Shown here piece by piece: positions 11,701 through 22,797 of a stretch of DNA of 64,000 bases (position 1 is the stretch's first letter; each line of letters starts with the position of its first letter). The translations under genes and the position numbers were made by a program. The DNA is taken from positions 1-64,000 of the forward strand of contig NIVC01002277.1 in assembly GCA_002269645.1 (NCBI GenBank), read 5' to 3'. The DNA comes from Macrostomum lignano (Eukaryota). The notes below the pieces were generated by a model, which saw only the letters and a list, made by a program, of their open reading frames with translations, was not told where the DNA came from and ran no database searches.

Positions 11701-12625
11701 CTGCCCCACCCCTCCATCAGGAACCTCAGTGCCCCACCCCTCCATCAGGAACCTCAGTGCCCCACCCCTCCATCAGGAACCTCAGTGCCCCACTGCCCCA
11801 CCCCTCCATCAGGAACCTCAGTGCCCCACCTCTCCATCAGGAACCTCAGTGCCCCACCCTCCATCAGGAACCTCAGTGCCCCACCCCTCCATCAGGAACC
11901 TCAGTGCCCCACCCCTCCATCAGGAACCTCAGTGCCCCACCCCTCCATCAGGAACCTCAGTGCCCCCACCCCTCCATCAGGAACCTCAGTGCCCCCCACC
12001 CCTCCATCAGGAACCTCAGTGCCCCCCACCCCTCCATCAGGAACCTCAGTGCCCCCCACCCCTCCATCAGGAACCTCAGTGCCCCCCACCCCTCCATCAG
12101 GAACCTCAGTGCCCCACCCCTCCATCAGGAACTCACCCACAGCATTCGGATCCTCTTGGCTAATAATCATAGGCGATTCCGTATCTGCTTCGTCATCTGT
12201 AGAGCCAAGCAGCTCAGCCTCCTCTTCCTGGGTGAGGGAGATTTTCTTTCCGCTGGTCCCCGGGTCGCCCAGCAGGTTCAGATCGTCATCATCTTCGTTG
12301 AAGTCGAGCCGCTCAGGGGACTCGATGGCTAAACGGAATGGAATAGATGGCTACAGTGCCGGACTGAGCAACTACCAATTATGGGAGACAACAAAGTCCA
12401 CTGTTCAGCTCAAGCCGGCATGAGCAGCAACATGTCCGGAGGGCTAATAACACAACTAACTTTCACTCGACTAACAATTTCACTCACTTGCAAGTTGTCA
12501 AAGCTGCAGTCTGCATTTATCAATGGGCTAACAAGAACTAGGAGACAACTTATTAAAAATGGATTAATATTAATAATAATAATAGGAATATAGTACTCAC
12601 AGTGCCTGCTTGGCGATCTAGCCAT
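8793..12625 (-). CDS. 647-aa low-complexity (acidic/Q/P-rich) protein with one C-terminal RRM, POLDIP3/ALYREF-like fold; exons 12625-12601, 12328-12137, 11146-9555, 9460-9372, 8838-8793
   Basis: Phase-consistent splicing (1,1,0,2), total 1944 nt. RRM: TSVRIENCPDGITEQDLATLTDPLGPVCEYRLVPSTYKAFVKFYNEQQAAEFVKRYNRKPYKGLPLYMALTQ*. The last intron needs a GC donor (AG|GCAAGT at 9371). A likely 5'-UTR exon ends at 12788 (CAG|GTAAGT). Confidence 0.8.
8890..9325. repeat. About 81-89 bp tandem repeat, 6 copies of TTTCGATACATATCGG, inside the GC-AG intron
   Basis: Motif at 8898, 8977, 9058, 9139, 9221, 9310, in opposite orientation to the 70-bp array. Confidence 0.85.
11290..12135. repeat. 27-34 bp C-rich minisatellite (CCCTCCATCAGGAACCTCAGTGCCCCAC), about 28 copies, filling intron 2 of the RRM gene
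   Basis: Visible tandem units inside intron 11147-12136; explains several spurious Pro-rich ORFs. Confidence 0.93.
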
Positions 12626-13104
12626 TTCTGGAATAATAATGTGTCTGTCAATGACAGTGCAGGGTTTAGTTTATCGGCAAGGATGGCATTAGCATCAGAA
12701 TATATGGTTATCATTTATGTCTTATATAAAAGCAATAATAGTTTATAAGGTAAAACAAGATCATAAATTTGAATGTTATATACTTACCTGACAGTGCAAT
12801 AACCACAGATATGAGAATGACTAGATATGTCGCTCGCAACATGCGGTGAAGTTTTACAAGATGTTTAAAGTTCTTTAAAATTCAACAATCACCTCTGGCT
12901 TTCTACAAGCAGACCCATTTAATTAGCATCTTCATCCTGTTTTACCGACTCAAGAATGTCTCAGATTTGAATTGTGGGAAAACTTAAACAAATTCATTCC
13001 AGTGCGTGTGCATAGTGAACAAGAGAGAAAAGGGGTGGCTGCCCCAAGCCCCCACCAGGCCAATAAACAGTCAGGTTTTCCTCTTGACCGCTTCCTTCTG
13101 ACGT

Positions 13105-13325
13105 TGACCTCTCCTTGGCTGCTCTCTCATTGGCTGAGCTAGATTGGGACTGCCCCCTTGACTGAGTTTCGTCCGTCTGACTTTGAACTCTCTCCTTACT
13201 GCTCTCTCATTGGCTGAGTTATTGATAGATTGGGCCTGCCCGCTAGACTGAGTATTGTGCGTCTGACTTTGACCCCCCTCTCTCTCCTTACTGCTCTCTC
13301 ATTGGCTGAGCTAGATTGAGCCTGT
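13105..13325 (-). promoter_or_regulatory. Three-copy repeat, each with an NF-Y-type CCAAT box, upstream of the RRM gene
   Basis: CTGCTCTCTCATTGGCTGAG three times (about 13120, 13200, 13292), reading AGCCAATGAG on the gene strand, 300-500 nt above the putative 5'-UTR exon. Confidence 0.45.
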
Positions 13326-16300
13326 CCCCTAGGTTCTGTTTCGGTCTGTCTTGCGTACACTTGTGTACGCTCGTACATCGAGTTGAATGCCTGCTCATTT
13401 TTAACCCCATATAGAGGCCACAAATCCCGAGAAAGGAAAGGAAATGTTTGCTACCATATTAAATTTAAATGACACTGCGCAGACAAACTAATGGCAAAGA
13501 GTGAACGCTCTCTGTTTTCACAACTTAATTGCGAGTGACACATCTAGTTGTTATAGTATGTGCATAATATCAAGCCTAATACTAATAGTAATATGAATAG
13601 GGCCAACAATAGAGCTGGATGGCATCTATAGTTGTAACCCTCTAGGCACAATTATAATTATTATCATACCACAATTGAATGCAATTAATGTAACCACCAA
13701 TTTACAGTCGACAAGATTTCAGACTGATTAAAAAATCTATCTGCCAACAATTCAAACACCAATAGGTAACTGAAGGCAGACAGATATTATGGTGGAAGAA
13801 TGGAGGATATGTATTGGCTTACTTTATGCTTTAATTGACAATTGCAGCATATGACTATAAATATAGTGTGTTTACAATCTGTTGAATAATGCAGATATTT
13901 TTCTAATACACTGGTCAATAAAACATTTTAATAGCATAATCCATTTGGATGCTAACTACCATAAAATATACTGAAGAAGTTATAGATATAAGATATAGAT
14001 AAAGATATTAATTAATACTCAAAAATTTCATTTTCAAGTATCCATCAAAAAATTGCAATAAACATTGATTAAAATGAATAAATAATTAATATTTATTAAT
14101 TATTTTTATTATTTTTATAATTAATTAACATAATTATTTTTATAGCAATAAACATCATTAAATAAATGTTAGACAAAATTAATTTGGTTTTAGCCCTTTA
14201 GGTCCACACAAACTAGACTAGACAAAAATGTTTAGCAATTTTATATTCATTTGAATGTTTTCTTAAAACAAATAGATATAAGCAAAATATCAACAAGAAT
14301 TCTATGTTTTTATATAATTGTGTATGTCATGGTATATCAATGTTAATTCTAGTATATTGAATTTGGACCCCAATTCTAAATTAGTATCCTGTTTTTCAAG
14401 TTAAAAAGATACTATTCAAATTAGGTTGAATATTTTCTAAAATTTATATTTCAATCAAATCAATGTGGGTTCTTGCTGACAATAGGTTGCAGTTAGCTAG
14501 CACTAATCAGCTGGCATCTAAAAACCTGCCTTTAGATGCCAATGATAATAAGGAAGATGCTATTCCAATATCCAATGCAAACAAGCTGCCCAAAGACCAA
14601 CAGGCCCAGCTGCAATGAAGTTTGCCAGACCATTGACCACCCAAGAGAGATTTACCCAGTAGCATTCTCATGAGTTGCAGTGAACAATAACTACCTTGCC
14701 TATTAACAATGAACTGAATAAAAGATGTATTCCTGCTTTAATAGTTTCCCCATGCAATTTTATACTTTATTCATATAACCCATACATATAGGTCATATTT
14801 GTAAGCAGCTTCTGAAGAAGGGGTATGTGCATTAAGAGAATGCACATACAAACCACCTCATGCTACCGCAACTACCACATTATTATGGTAGATCTAATGC
14901 ATCATTATTACATCAAGTAGTACAACAAACTATGGCACTGATGTACTATTATCAATTTTCTTATTGTTTATTTGGCGAAGCCACTCTCTTGTTCCATTCA
15001 AGTTTTGCTTTTGTTTATGCCATATCTCTGCAGGCATTGGTATATCCCAGAACACTGCTCCCTTGTTTTGTTTTCCCAAAATATGCTTGAGCCTAAAGGC
15101 AAATTGACAAGAATAAAAGTGCATCAGCACTTGCACTGCTTTGATTCCTTAGAGAAATCCACATTTTCCTGATGACTGTGTATGAGCCATCACAGTATTA
15201 TTATCTTTAGAATTCCTAGGATTCTTGAAATTTAGATATTATCATTGACTATTTGTTTTGAGGAATCTGTAAACATGAAGTCTGTAGACTTTTGTACTTC
15301 TATAGGTCAGGTAGGCTTAGCAATAGGAAGGATAAAGGAGACTATATCTGCAGTCTATATAGATAGTATTAGTAATTGGAAATACAATATGAAGATATTT
15401 GTTTTTTTTCAAAATCTTTTTCTAAATTTTTTACTTTTTTATCTTATGTTTTACATATGTATTCTAGTTATATTTATAATCTTTTATGCTTTGGTACTTT
15501 CACTTCATTTTTATCTTTATTTAGTTGTCTTTAATTGCTAATCTAAGTGTTTAATGCTAAATAAGCATAATTTTATTGTATCAATTTTTTTACTTGATTC
15601 ATTATAATTTGTAACAATTACTATAAACAATTTCTTTAATGTCATAAATAGATACAAAGCTATAAGACTATACCTTATATAGAATGAATAAAAATGAGAA
15701 CACCTTTTTATATCTAATATGTATGCATTCTATTTAATGGCTATCTGATTTTTTTGAGATATGCAAGGCCCTATAAATGATATATATGCTTATTCTAAAA
15801 GGTAATTAATAATATGGCCAAATTCTTCTATTAACAAATAGAAGTAAGATAAAGAGCCTAATTTTCATATGAAACAATGGAAAATGGTTGTATGAGCAGT
15901 GGAAGCAAACTAGTCTAACTAATAGATGAAGGTTAAATAGAATCTTAAAGTATATAATATATATTGTATATTGTTTTATATTGTATTTTTATATGTAGAG
16001 TGAATAAATTGTGAACTAATCTTATCCAATGTTAAAAACAGTGATCCCATTTTTTAAAAGTTTAGAATAATTTTTATAAGTTTTTATAAGTTTATAGGTC
16101 AATCTTAATTGTCAACTTAGTATTTATGGTTTTTTGTTTCTTTTTATTATGCAACTTGTATTTATTTTTAACTAACTAGTTTTTTATCTTTATGTTGTTT
16201 TTTATACTTGTTTTGATGATTATATCTGTTTTATATGATTGCAATTTAGGCCTACTATTTTTGCACCTGTTTATATTATGCAATATAGTCATGATTATTG

Positions 16301-16754
16301 CATACATTTAGTGCAAAAGATATGTACCTTATGGGCAAGGATAAATATACACTTGGCCTTTTCTTAATTGAAAATTGACTAATACAAGTATCTTAAATAT
16401 TAAGTTAGCAGAATTGCTTATAAACTATGAGCATATAATGCACCTAATGATATTATTATATAATATAATTATATCTAACCTAGTCAATGCTTAGAGCATT
16501 TTCTGGATATATATATATATCCTTTGGAATACAGATATTTTTTTTCTATTATATCTATATTAATATCCCAAATCTTATAGGTTCATCAATAGTAACATTA
16601 GATTAATAGTAAAAATACAAAAATATAAGCTATAAAAATATATACCATTGACTATTATAATATATAACTTAAAGAACTTTTCATTATGTTGCATATATTA
16701 TATATGTTAAAGCAGTATCTCTGTAAGCTCTTGAGTTTCTAAGGCCCTAGCAAG

Positions 16755-16967
16755 CAGGGGTGTAGGGAGGGAGGGATAGGGGGGATGTATCCCCTTCAAA
16801 GAGCCTGACCAAAACTTTTTTGTTGCTCTTTGTTGCTATACATGCTATCATGTGACTTTTCATGTGACTGTGACTTATCATGTAGCACTTTTACCTTGGT
16901 GTATCCCCCCTTTAGAAAATCCACTTTGGTGTATCTCCCCCATAGGAAATTCCTAGCTATGCCCCTG
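16755..16967. mobile_element. hAT-type MITE, 213 bp
   Basis: Ends CAGGGGTGTAG ... CTATGCCCCTG (inverted), flanked by an 8-bp near-duplicate CTAGCAAG / CTAGCAAA (7/8), the hAT TSD length. Confidence 0.75.
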
Positions 16968-17299
16968 CTAGCAAACAGACCACATAGATAGACTAGGTCT
17001 TCTACCCTATTTGCATGAAGTCTAACCATAGCCTAATGGCCTGTGACATTGACCAATGCTGGACTAAGCTAAAGCCTTTCCCACTATACTTGCTCTAGGT
17101 TGACCAAGAAACTGGAGACTTGGGTAGCCTTTCTTAGGTAGAGTATATGCTACAACCCCAGTCTATTGACTTCTTTACTAGTGGTATTGAAAACATAGTA
17201 GCTATCCTACCAAGGCAGAAAGCATATCAACAAGACATTATAGGACAATGACCTGGAAATTCTATAGGCAAAACAACAGGTGTAACACTTTATTGTCAT

Positions 17300-17545
17300 T
17301 CATGGCCACAGAAGAAACTAGGCCAATATTGCTTAAGACCAGCTATAGAGCTTCTATGTCCAATAGACTATGATCTTTATCAAAGAAGCAGTAAGTGAAA
17401 TTCTAGTGACTAGTGACTAGCTATTGCTGCTACACTAATACTTGGTAGGCCATTAACAAGCTGATAGGCAGGAGGCCTAGGCCTAGTGTTATTCTTAGCA
17501 TAGACTCTATCTAATATTGCAAAGCCTAGCTAGTTTCATACTACA
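17300..17545 (+). pseudogene. Possible LINE ORF2 relic (endonuclease-RT linker), stop-riddled
   Basis: One frame reads ...TNTW*AINKLIGRRPRPSVILSIDSI*YCKA*LV, resembling the W..IN.LTGR...R...W linker of RTE-like LINEs from memory. Weak. Confidence 0.35.
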
Positions 17546-18071
17546 ATGACAAGCTTTATCATTTTTTTATTTACTTTCTTATTTAAAAAAAATTATTTAT
17601 TTTACATTTGCATTTGTTTTGTTTCTTTATGATTTTTTTTTATATTTTGAAACATTTAGAAATATTAATAAAAAATCATTAAATGTTAGTTTATTAGCTT
17701 AGCTTATTCAAATTGACTTAATTTTGGTAACACTAAAACTTTTCTTAGTGCATAATAGACATGATCCTGACTTGACTACTATAGCATAAGACTATATAAA
17801 AAGCTAGATTTGATTTATATTGCATCAATGTCAAGATATATTTGCTTTTGATTTTCTCATTTTTACCTTTTTAAAATATCTAATAACTTTAATAAAGAAA
17901 TGACAATGGGTCTAATTGATTAAGAAATTGGTTATAATAAAATTGCCTCCAATAGGAGTATAGGTCATGGGATTTTTATTTTAATGGATATAATTTAAGA
18001 ATAAATTTAAATTTTATATACTATATTTCATATTATTGATTGGTTAAGAGTTAATTTAAATGTAAAGGGGC

Positions 18072-18364
18072 TCATACATGCGCAACAGTCGGCTGAGTCG
18101 GCCAATCAACTGATTTGGCGGCCAACCAATGTAAGTTGCAAAAATGCCCACCCGAATAAATATCAAAGTAATACTAAGTAGATGACAAGGCATTCTGTCT
18201 TAATAAGACAGTCATAGTTATTCCTGCCATTTACCCAAATTTGCATTAAATTTGCTTTAGGTTTTGTTTACATGTAAGTCGCATTTTTGGCGAAAAACTA
18301 TATTGCATTTTTGTTAAAACTAAGTTGCATGGCCAACCAAATTTTGGAGGTTGCACATGTATGA
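18072..18364. mobile_element. MITE-like element with about 15-bp terminal inverted repeats
   Basis: TCATACATGCGCAAC (18072-18086) and GTTGCACATGTATGA (18350-18364) match 14/15. TSD and superfamily unresolved. Confidence 0.55.
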
Positions 18365-20924
18365 AGGGGCTAATTTATTAATGTAATAACCTATAGTTAT
18401 ATTCAAGCTTTTATTTAAAAATATCTTTATCAATAGCTTTACTCAACTAAAGTAGATTTAACAAAAGTTAATAAAAGATTCCTATCAATCTCTTATAGGC
18501 CTAGACAAATTAGAATTTTTATAACTTTTTATATATTATAATCAGCATTTTTATTAATGCTTTTTAGTTCTACATTACATGGTTTTTTTAATGTGTAGGC
18601 TATGTGTATTTGTAATAGTGCTCAAATACTGTATAAGTAATAATGTACAATTTCTTAAAAACTGAAATTGCTCAAAATAAGTATTTTGTTTTAATGCACC
18701 AAATATTTTGTTTTACTACACAAAATAAATTGGGGAAATATTTTTCATTATAATTGTATTAGGAAACTTGGGGTATAAATAGGAGCAATTTTGCAGCCAA
18801 GTAAACTCAATTGTCTGGATATCTATGAAAAACTATAGCAAGCAATAAAAGCAGTTCAATCTATAAATTTTCAAAGTCTTTGGATTAAGTGACTTAATTC
18901 ATTTAAAAAGGCTAAGAACAATGCTAAGAACAGTGCTAAGAAATTGCTATGAAGTTGCTAAGAGAGGGAATTGCAAAATAATTTGTAGAAACATATTAAG
19001 AAAGGCACTGTGACCCTCTAGTCTTGGTAATGCCTGATTGGACTAATTCATATACCACTACTAGACCCCCAAAGTCATACATAAGACACTACCAGAGCCA
19101 TACATAAGATGCTACCAGATATACATATATCAAATGAAATTCTAGGAAATAAGAAGTTAGAAATACTAAAATAGAAGTTACGCATAACTTAGTGGCAGTT
19201 TGTAGGAAATTTAATAGACAGAGATCAACAATTATGATTTAAAAAGATAGAGCCATAAGGCTTGTCACATATTATAATATTCTTTTATGACTATATTACT
19301 ACTTGTATCTATAAGTTATAATTTTTTTAAATAATCAAAGCCAAAAGGATTAGGCCCTATTGGCTATTGTTTTAAATGTTATGCTTTTGCTTAACTTTAA
19401 GCTATATTCATGAAAATACTATTTTGTAAAGAAAATTTTAATATATAACAAGGTCCCATGCAGTCTAATAGGGCCTATTGCATTGCATATGCATAATATT
19501 ACATAGTATAATATAATATAATAGGCCTTAGGGAGCCTAAGTTTTTTATTTGCTTAAAATTTTTAATGCTTATTATTCTAGATAATGTATCCTCTACCAA
19601 GCTTTATGGATGCAAGACAAACAATTTGCATACATTATGCATATTCAGGACTTTGGGGGCTTAATGGTTCATAGGGATTTCTAAGTCCTACTAGGGCTCA
19701 GGCCTAATAAGAATTAAAAAAAGGAATAGTAAGTGAAGTCCAACACTTGGTGTAAGCTCCCCCAAAAAAGTGTAAATCTCTTTTTATATAGGCCCTAGCA
19801 TATAATTAAAATGAAAAACAAGTGAAAATACTGAAAAGTGATTTTTTCACTCAATGACCAATGTAACTACCGCTACAGGCCCAATTATAATATTCGGCAA
19901 TCTTCAAGTTTCGTTCGTTTAATTCCAACACCCACCCCCCACCACCCTTGAATAATATAATATTCTAATGTCATGCAGCAATATAATAATATTAATATGC
20001 CGTGCTTATTCCCACAGTCCTATGCAAATAATAAAAATATTATCCCCACGGGCCACAGCGTCATGCCAATAATGCTCTGCTTTTAGCTTAGTTGCACAAA
20101 ATATTACACCATTGACCATGTTAGAATAGGCCTATTACCAATGACGACTCCGACACAAGTGCAAGTTCGCAAGCACATTTTATTTCGTCAGCTTTAAAAA
20201 TTACAACACAGGTCCGTACCTAATAATGTACTAAAAACAATTTTCTGAGCCACAAAATTATTTTTTGTTTTTTAAGGGTTTTGCCCACAAGTTCATTGAC
20301 GTATTTTGTTATTTCAGTTGCTCTTTTAAAATATTAAATATTAGTTTCTTCCATTTACCAATTTTTTCGGGTTCGGGGTTTATTATGTTCGGCTTGGGAA
20401 CCGAAAGTTTCGGTGAACAGACGTTTCGGTTAATATAATATACCATTTTACCTTCGATTTCATTCAAACTACACTTCACTTTAGACAATTCGAAGTTCAA
20501 CTTTGACACTTTTGGCTCTATAAATGTAAATCTACATTCATTTTAGACAAACTCCTTTTCAATATCATGCTCTTTGTGCTCTTTCATGCTCTTTATGTGC
20601 ATGTCCCCGCCGCATGTATACGCTCTGAAGTCTCATTTTGGTTTGAAGGGCGCCCACCCCTCCGCGGTTGGGGGGAGGTGTTTTATTCCATCTGCTCTTG
20701 GTTCCCAGTCCCAGCAAACTTAACGTTCTTTTGCTGAAACATACATCTGACTAAATTATGGCAGTAGATTGACGATTTTGACGTACTTTGACGAAAGTAA
20801 ATCAGGTTTTTAAAAGTTGCGTCAATCAATTGTCAATAAAGAGTTGGAGTTTGATGAAAATGAAATTGAGTTTTGTCAGTGCCAACAACATAGGCTTTTT
20901 TCTTCCTCATAAAAATTTGTGCTT

Positions 20925-21175
20925 ACTGATGGATCCCAGGGCACGCGCAGGGTTTCCGGGGAATGAGCTGTCAGACACCCTCGCCAAGAGGGGCGGCTCT
21001 AGCTGGCTCTTTCTTTGGCCCTGCCCCCTTGGTCCCTATGCCCTCGACGGTCATCAATCGTCAGATCGATGACTGGGCTGACTTCCCTCCACAGGGACAG
21101 ATGGGCGGGCACCCAAAACCCCGGCAATCTCGTGCCGCGCGCGGTTCCGTGCCCCTCTCGCAGGCTCAGAAACGT
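20925..21175 (+). mobile_element. Non-LTR retrotransposon (I/LOA/R1-group) RNase H C-terminal fragment, frameshifted
   Basis: With small frameshifts reads WIPGHA-GFPGNELSDTLAKRG...GPAPLVPMPSTVINRQIDDWAD..HRDRW, matching the WVPGHxGIxGNExADxLAKxG motif and its downstream segment. Confidence 0.75.
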
Positions 21176-22797
21176 ACGTCCTTCTGAAGCAAAATCGAGG
21201 CAAATTGAAGCAAAATCGGAAGGATATTCGATCCCCTGTCATGACCCTTACCGGCCATGGTTATATATTGTTATATTAAATGTATAAATAACTCTGTCTC
21301 AGTTATTACTCATATAAGCCCGAGGTAGCAAACACGTCAACAAGTCCTAATTAGCCAAGAGAAGATGCGAGAGAGACAATTCAGGAAGAATTTGAAAGGG
21401 TACGAAATCAGCTAATCCGGAGATTAAGCCAATCCACCTCCACCAGGGCGACTAGCTTCACCAAGTCATGAGCTCTCTTAAAACCGGGTTTCCAACTAGA
21501 AGGGGCTCTTGAAGTCATAGCCGATTCCAGAGACACACAAAAAGTACAGCATGCTTGAAAATGGCAAAAACAAGTCCCGGAATAAATAGCTCGTAAATAA
21601 AGCAAAATCCCGAATTGCCTACTAAGAGTAGAAGGAAATGAGATGAGAAGTTTTAATGGTAATTGATTTAGCGAAGGATCTGCTACATTAGTTGTCCTAC
21701 TAATATCCCTGATGGAAGCTATATAATCAAATTAATTTGCTATACGTAATTTGCAGAAGCTGTTATATGCTTTAATATGTTATGACAATTGTTTCCTTTA
21801 TTGATTTATTGCTGCCTTAAAGTTATAATCGTTTTTATACATTATTATATATTCTAATTAAATAAAATACTCTATTTTCGTAGCTGCTGTTATTATATTG
21901 CTTTAAATGTCTAGATTGACATTTGAGTCCTACAGTATTTGAATTTATTGTATTCTTAATTACAGCCACATAAAAAAGTCCACGCACTCGTGTTGCACGT
22001 GTTCTGAGACTTTACGACTTGTATGATTAGCGAGTTATTATTGTAACAAAAATATGTATCAGAACAATTTTTAATTCATGAAAATATATTTTATCAATCC
22101 GTAATTCCAAACCGCAGAACTTTGAAAGATTACAAATACATGTAACTCAACCTCATAGTAACTGCAGAGTGCTGGGAATGAAGACAGGTAGGAAATGTTT
22201 CGGTAAGTTCATAATACATAATTGAAAGCTTACGTGTACTCTAAAAATATTTATGAGTATAGAACGATTTAAAACAAAAAACTGCTGACTTTTAAATTAA
22301 CAGAAACGACGGCGTTAACGGAAAATTCAGCAAGTAAAAAATCAATAAAGCTAATATGCTATGCCAAACATACTCTTCACAGCAAATTGCTCATGTGCAA
22401 TTGTTACTCATGTATGCATAAAACAACGAAGGGTGGGGATCAAGTAGAAAAAAAAAGTGAAAAGCAGCAGAGTGGTTAAGTCAGTTTTGCAAATACAGAG
22501 ACGGTTCGATGTTAGAATTTTAAATTAATAAAAGGTCACGTCCTCTAGCTTGATTTTACCGGCGAAAATATTTCATTATTTTGACTAAAAATATGCTTAT
22601 ATCGTATATTAGACTAAAGTTTGACAAAGAAGATGCGTTCCTTTTAGTGTAGCTTGGTATTAATTATCTATTCGAAAGAAAATAAAAGTTTCGCCACTTT
22701 CTAGCTGCCCCTTGACTTCTAGAATGTTTACAGAATAACGGGAAGTGAGTGATGCCGTTAGTTTGCAAATTATGATCAAACAATTTCGAAATCAACT

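Larger units (their letters stand above)
13712..19870. other. CpG-depleted, TpA-rich block of decayed transposon sequence
   Basis: Hand scan finds about 10 CpG in 6.15 kb (14867, 14976, seven in 18081-18292, 19181). No long ORFs. Contains MITEs and a LINE-like relic. Confidence 0.85.

Noticed and set aside
12376-12443. 68-nt pseudo-exon (TAG|...|GTAGTT) in RRM-gene intron 1
   Set aside because: In the required phase it contains TAA; direct 12601/12328 splicing gives a clean frame. It could only be a poison exon, and nothing supports that.
19469-19797. 10-bp inverted ends TAGGGCCTAT / ATAGGCCCTA as a second hAT MITE
   Set aside because: Flanks do not form a recognisable TSD; too short to support alone.
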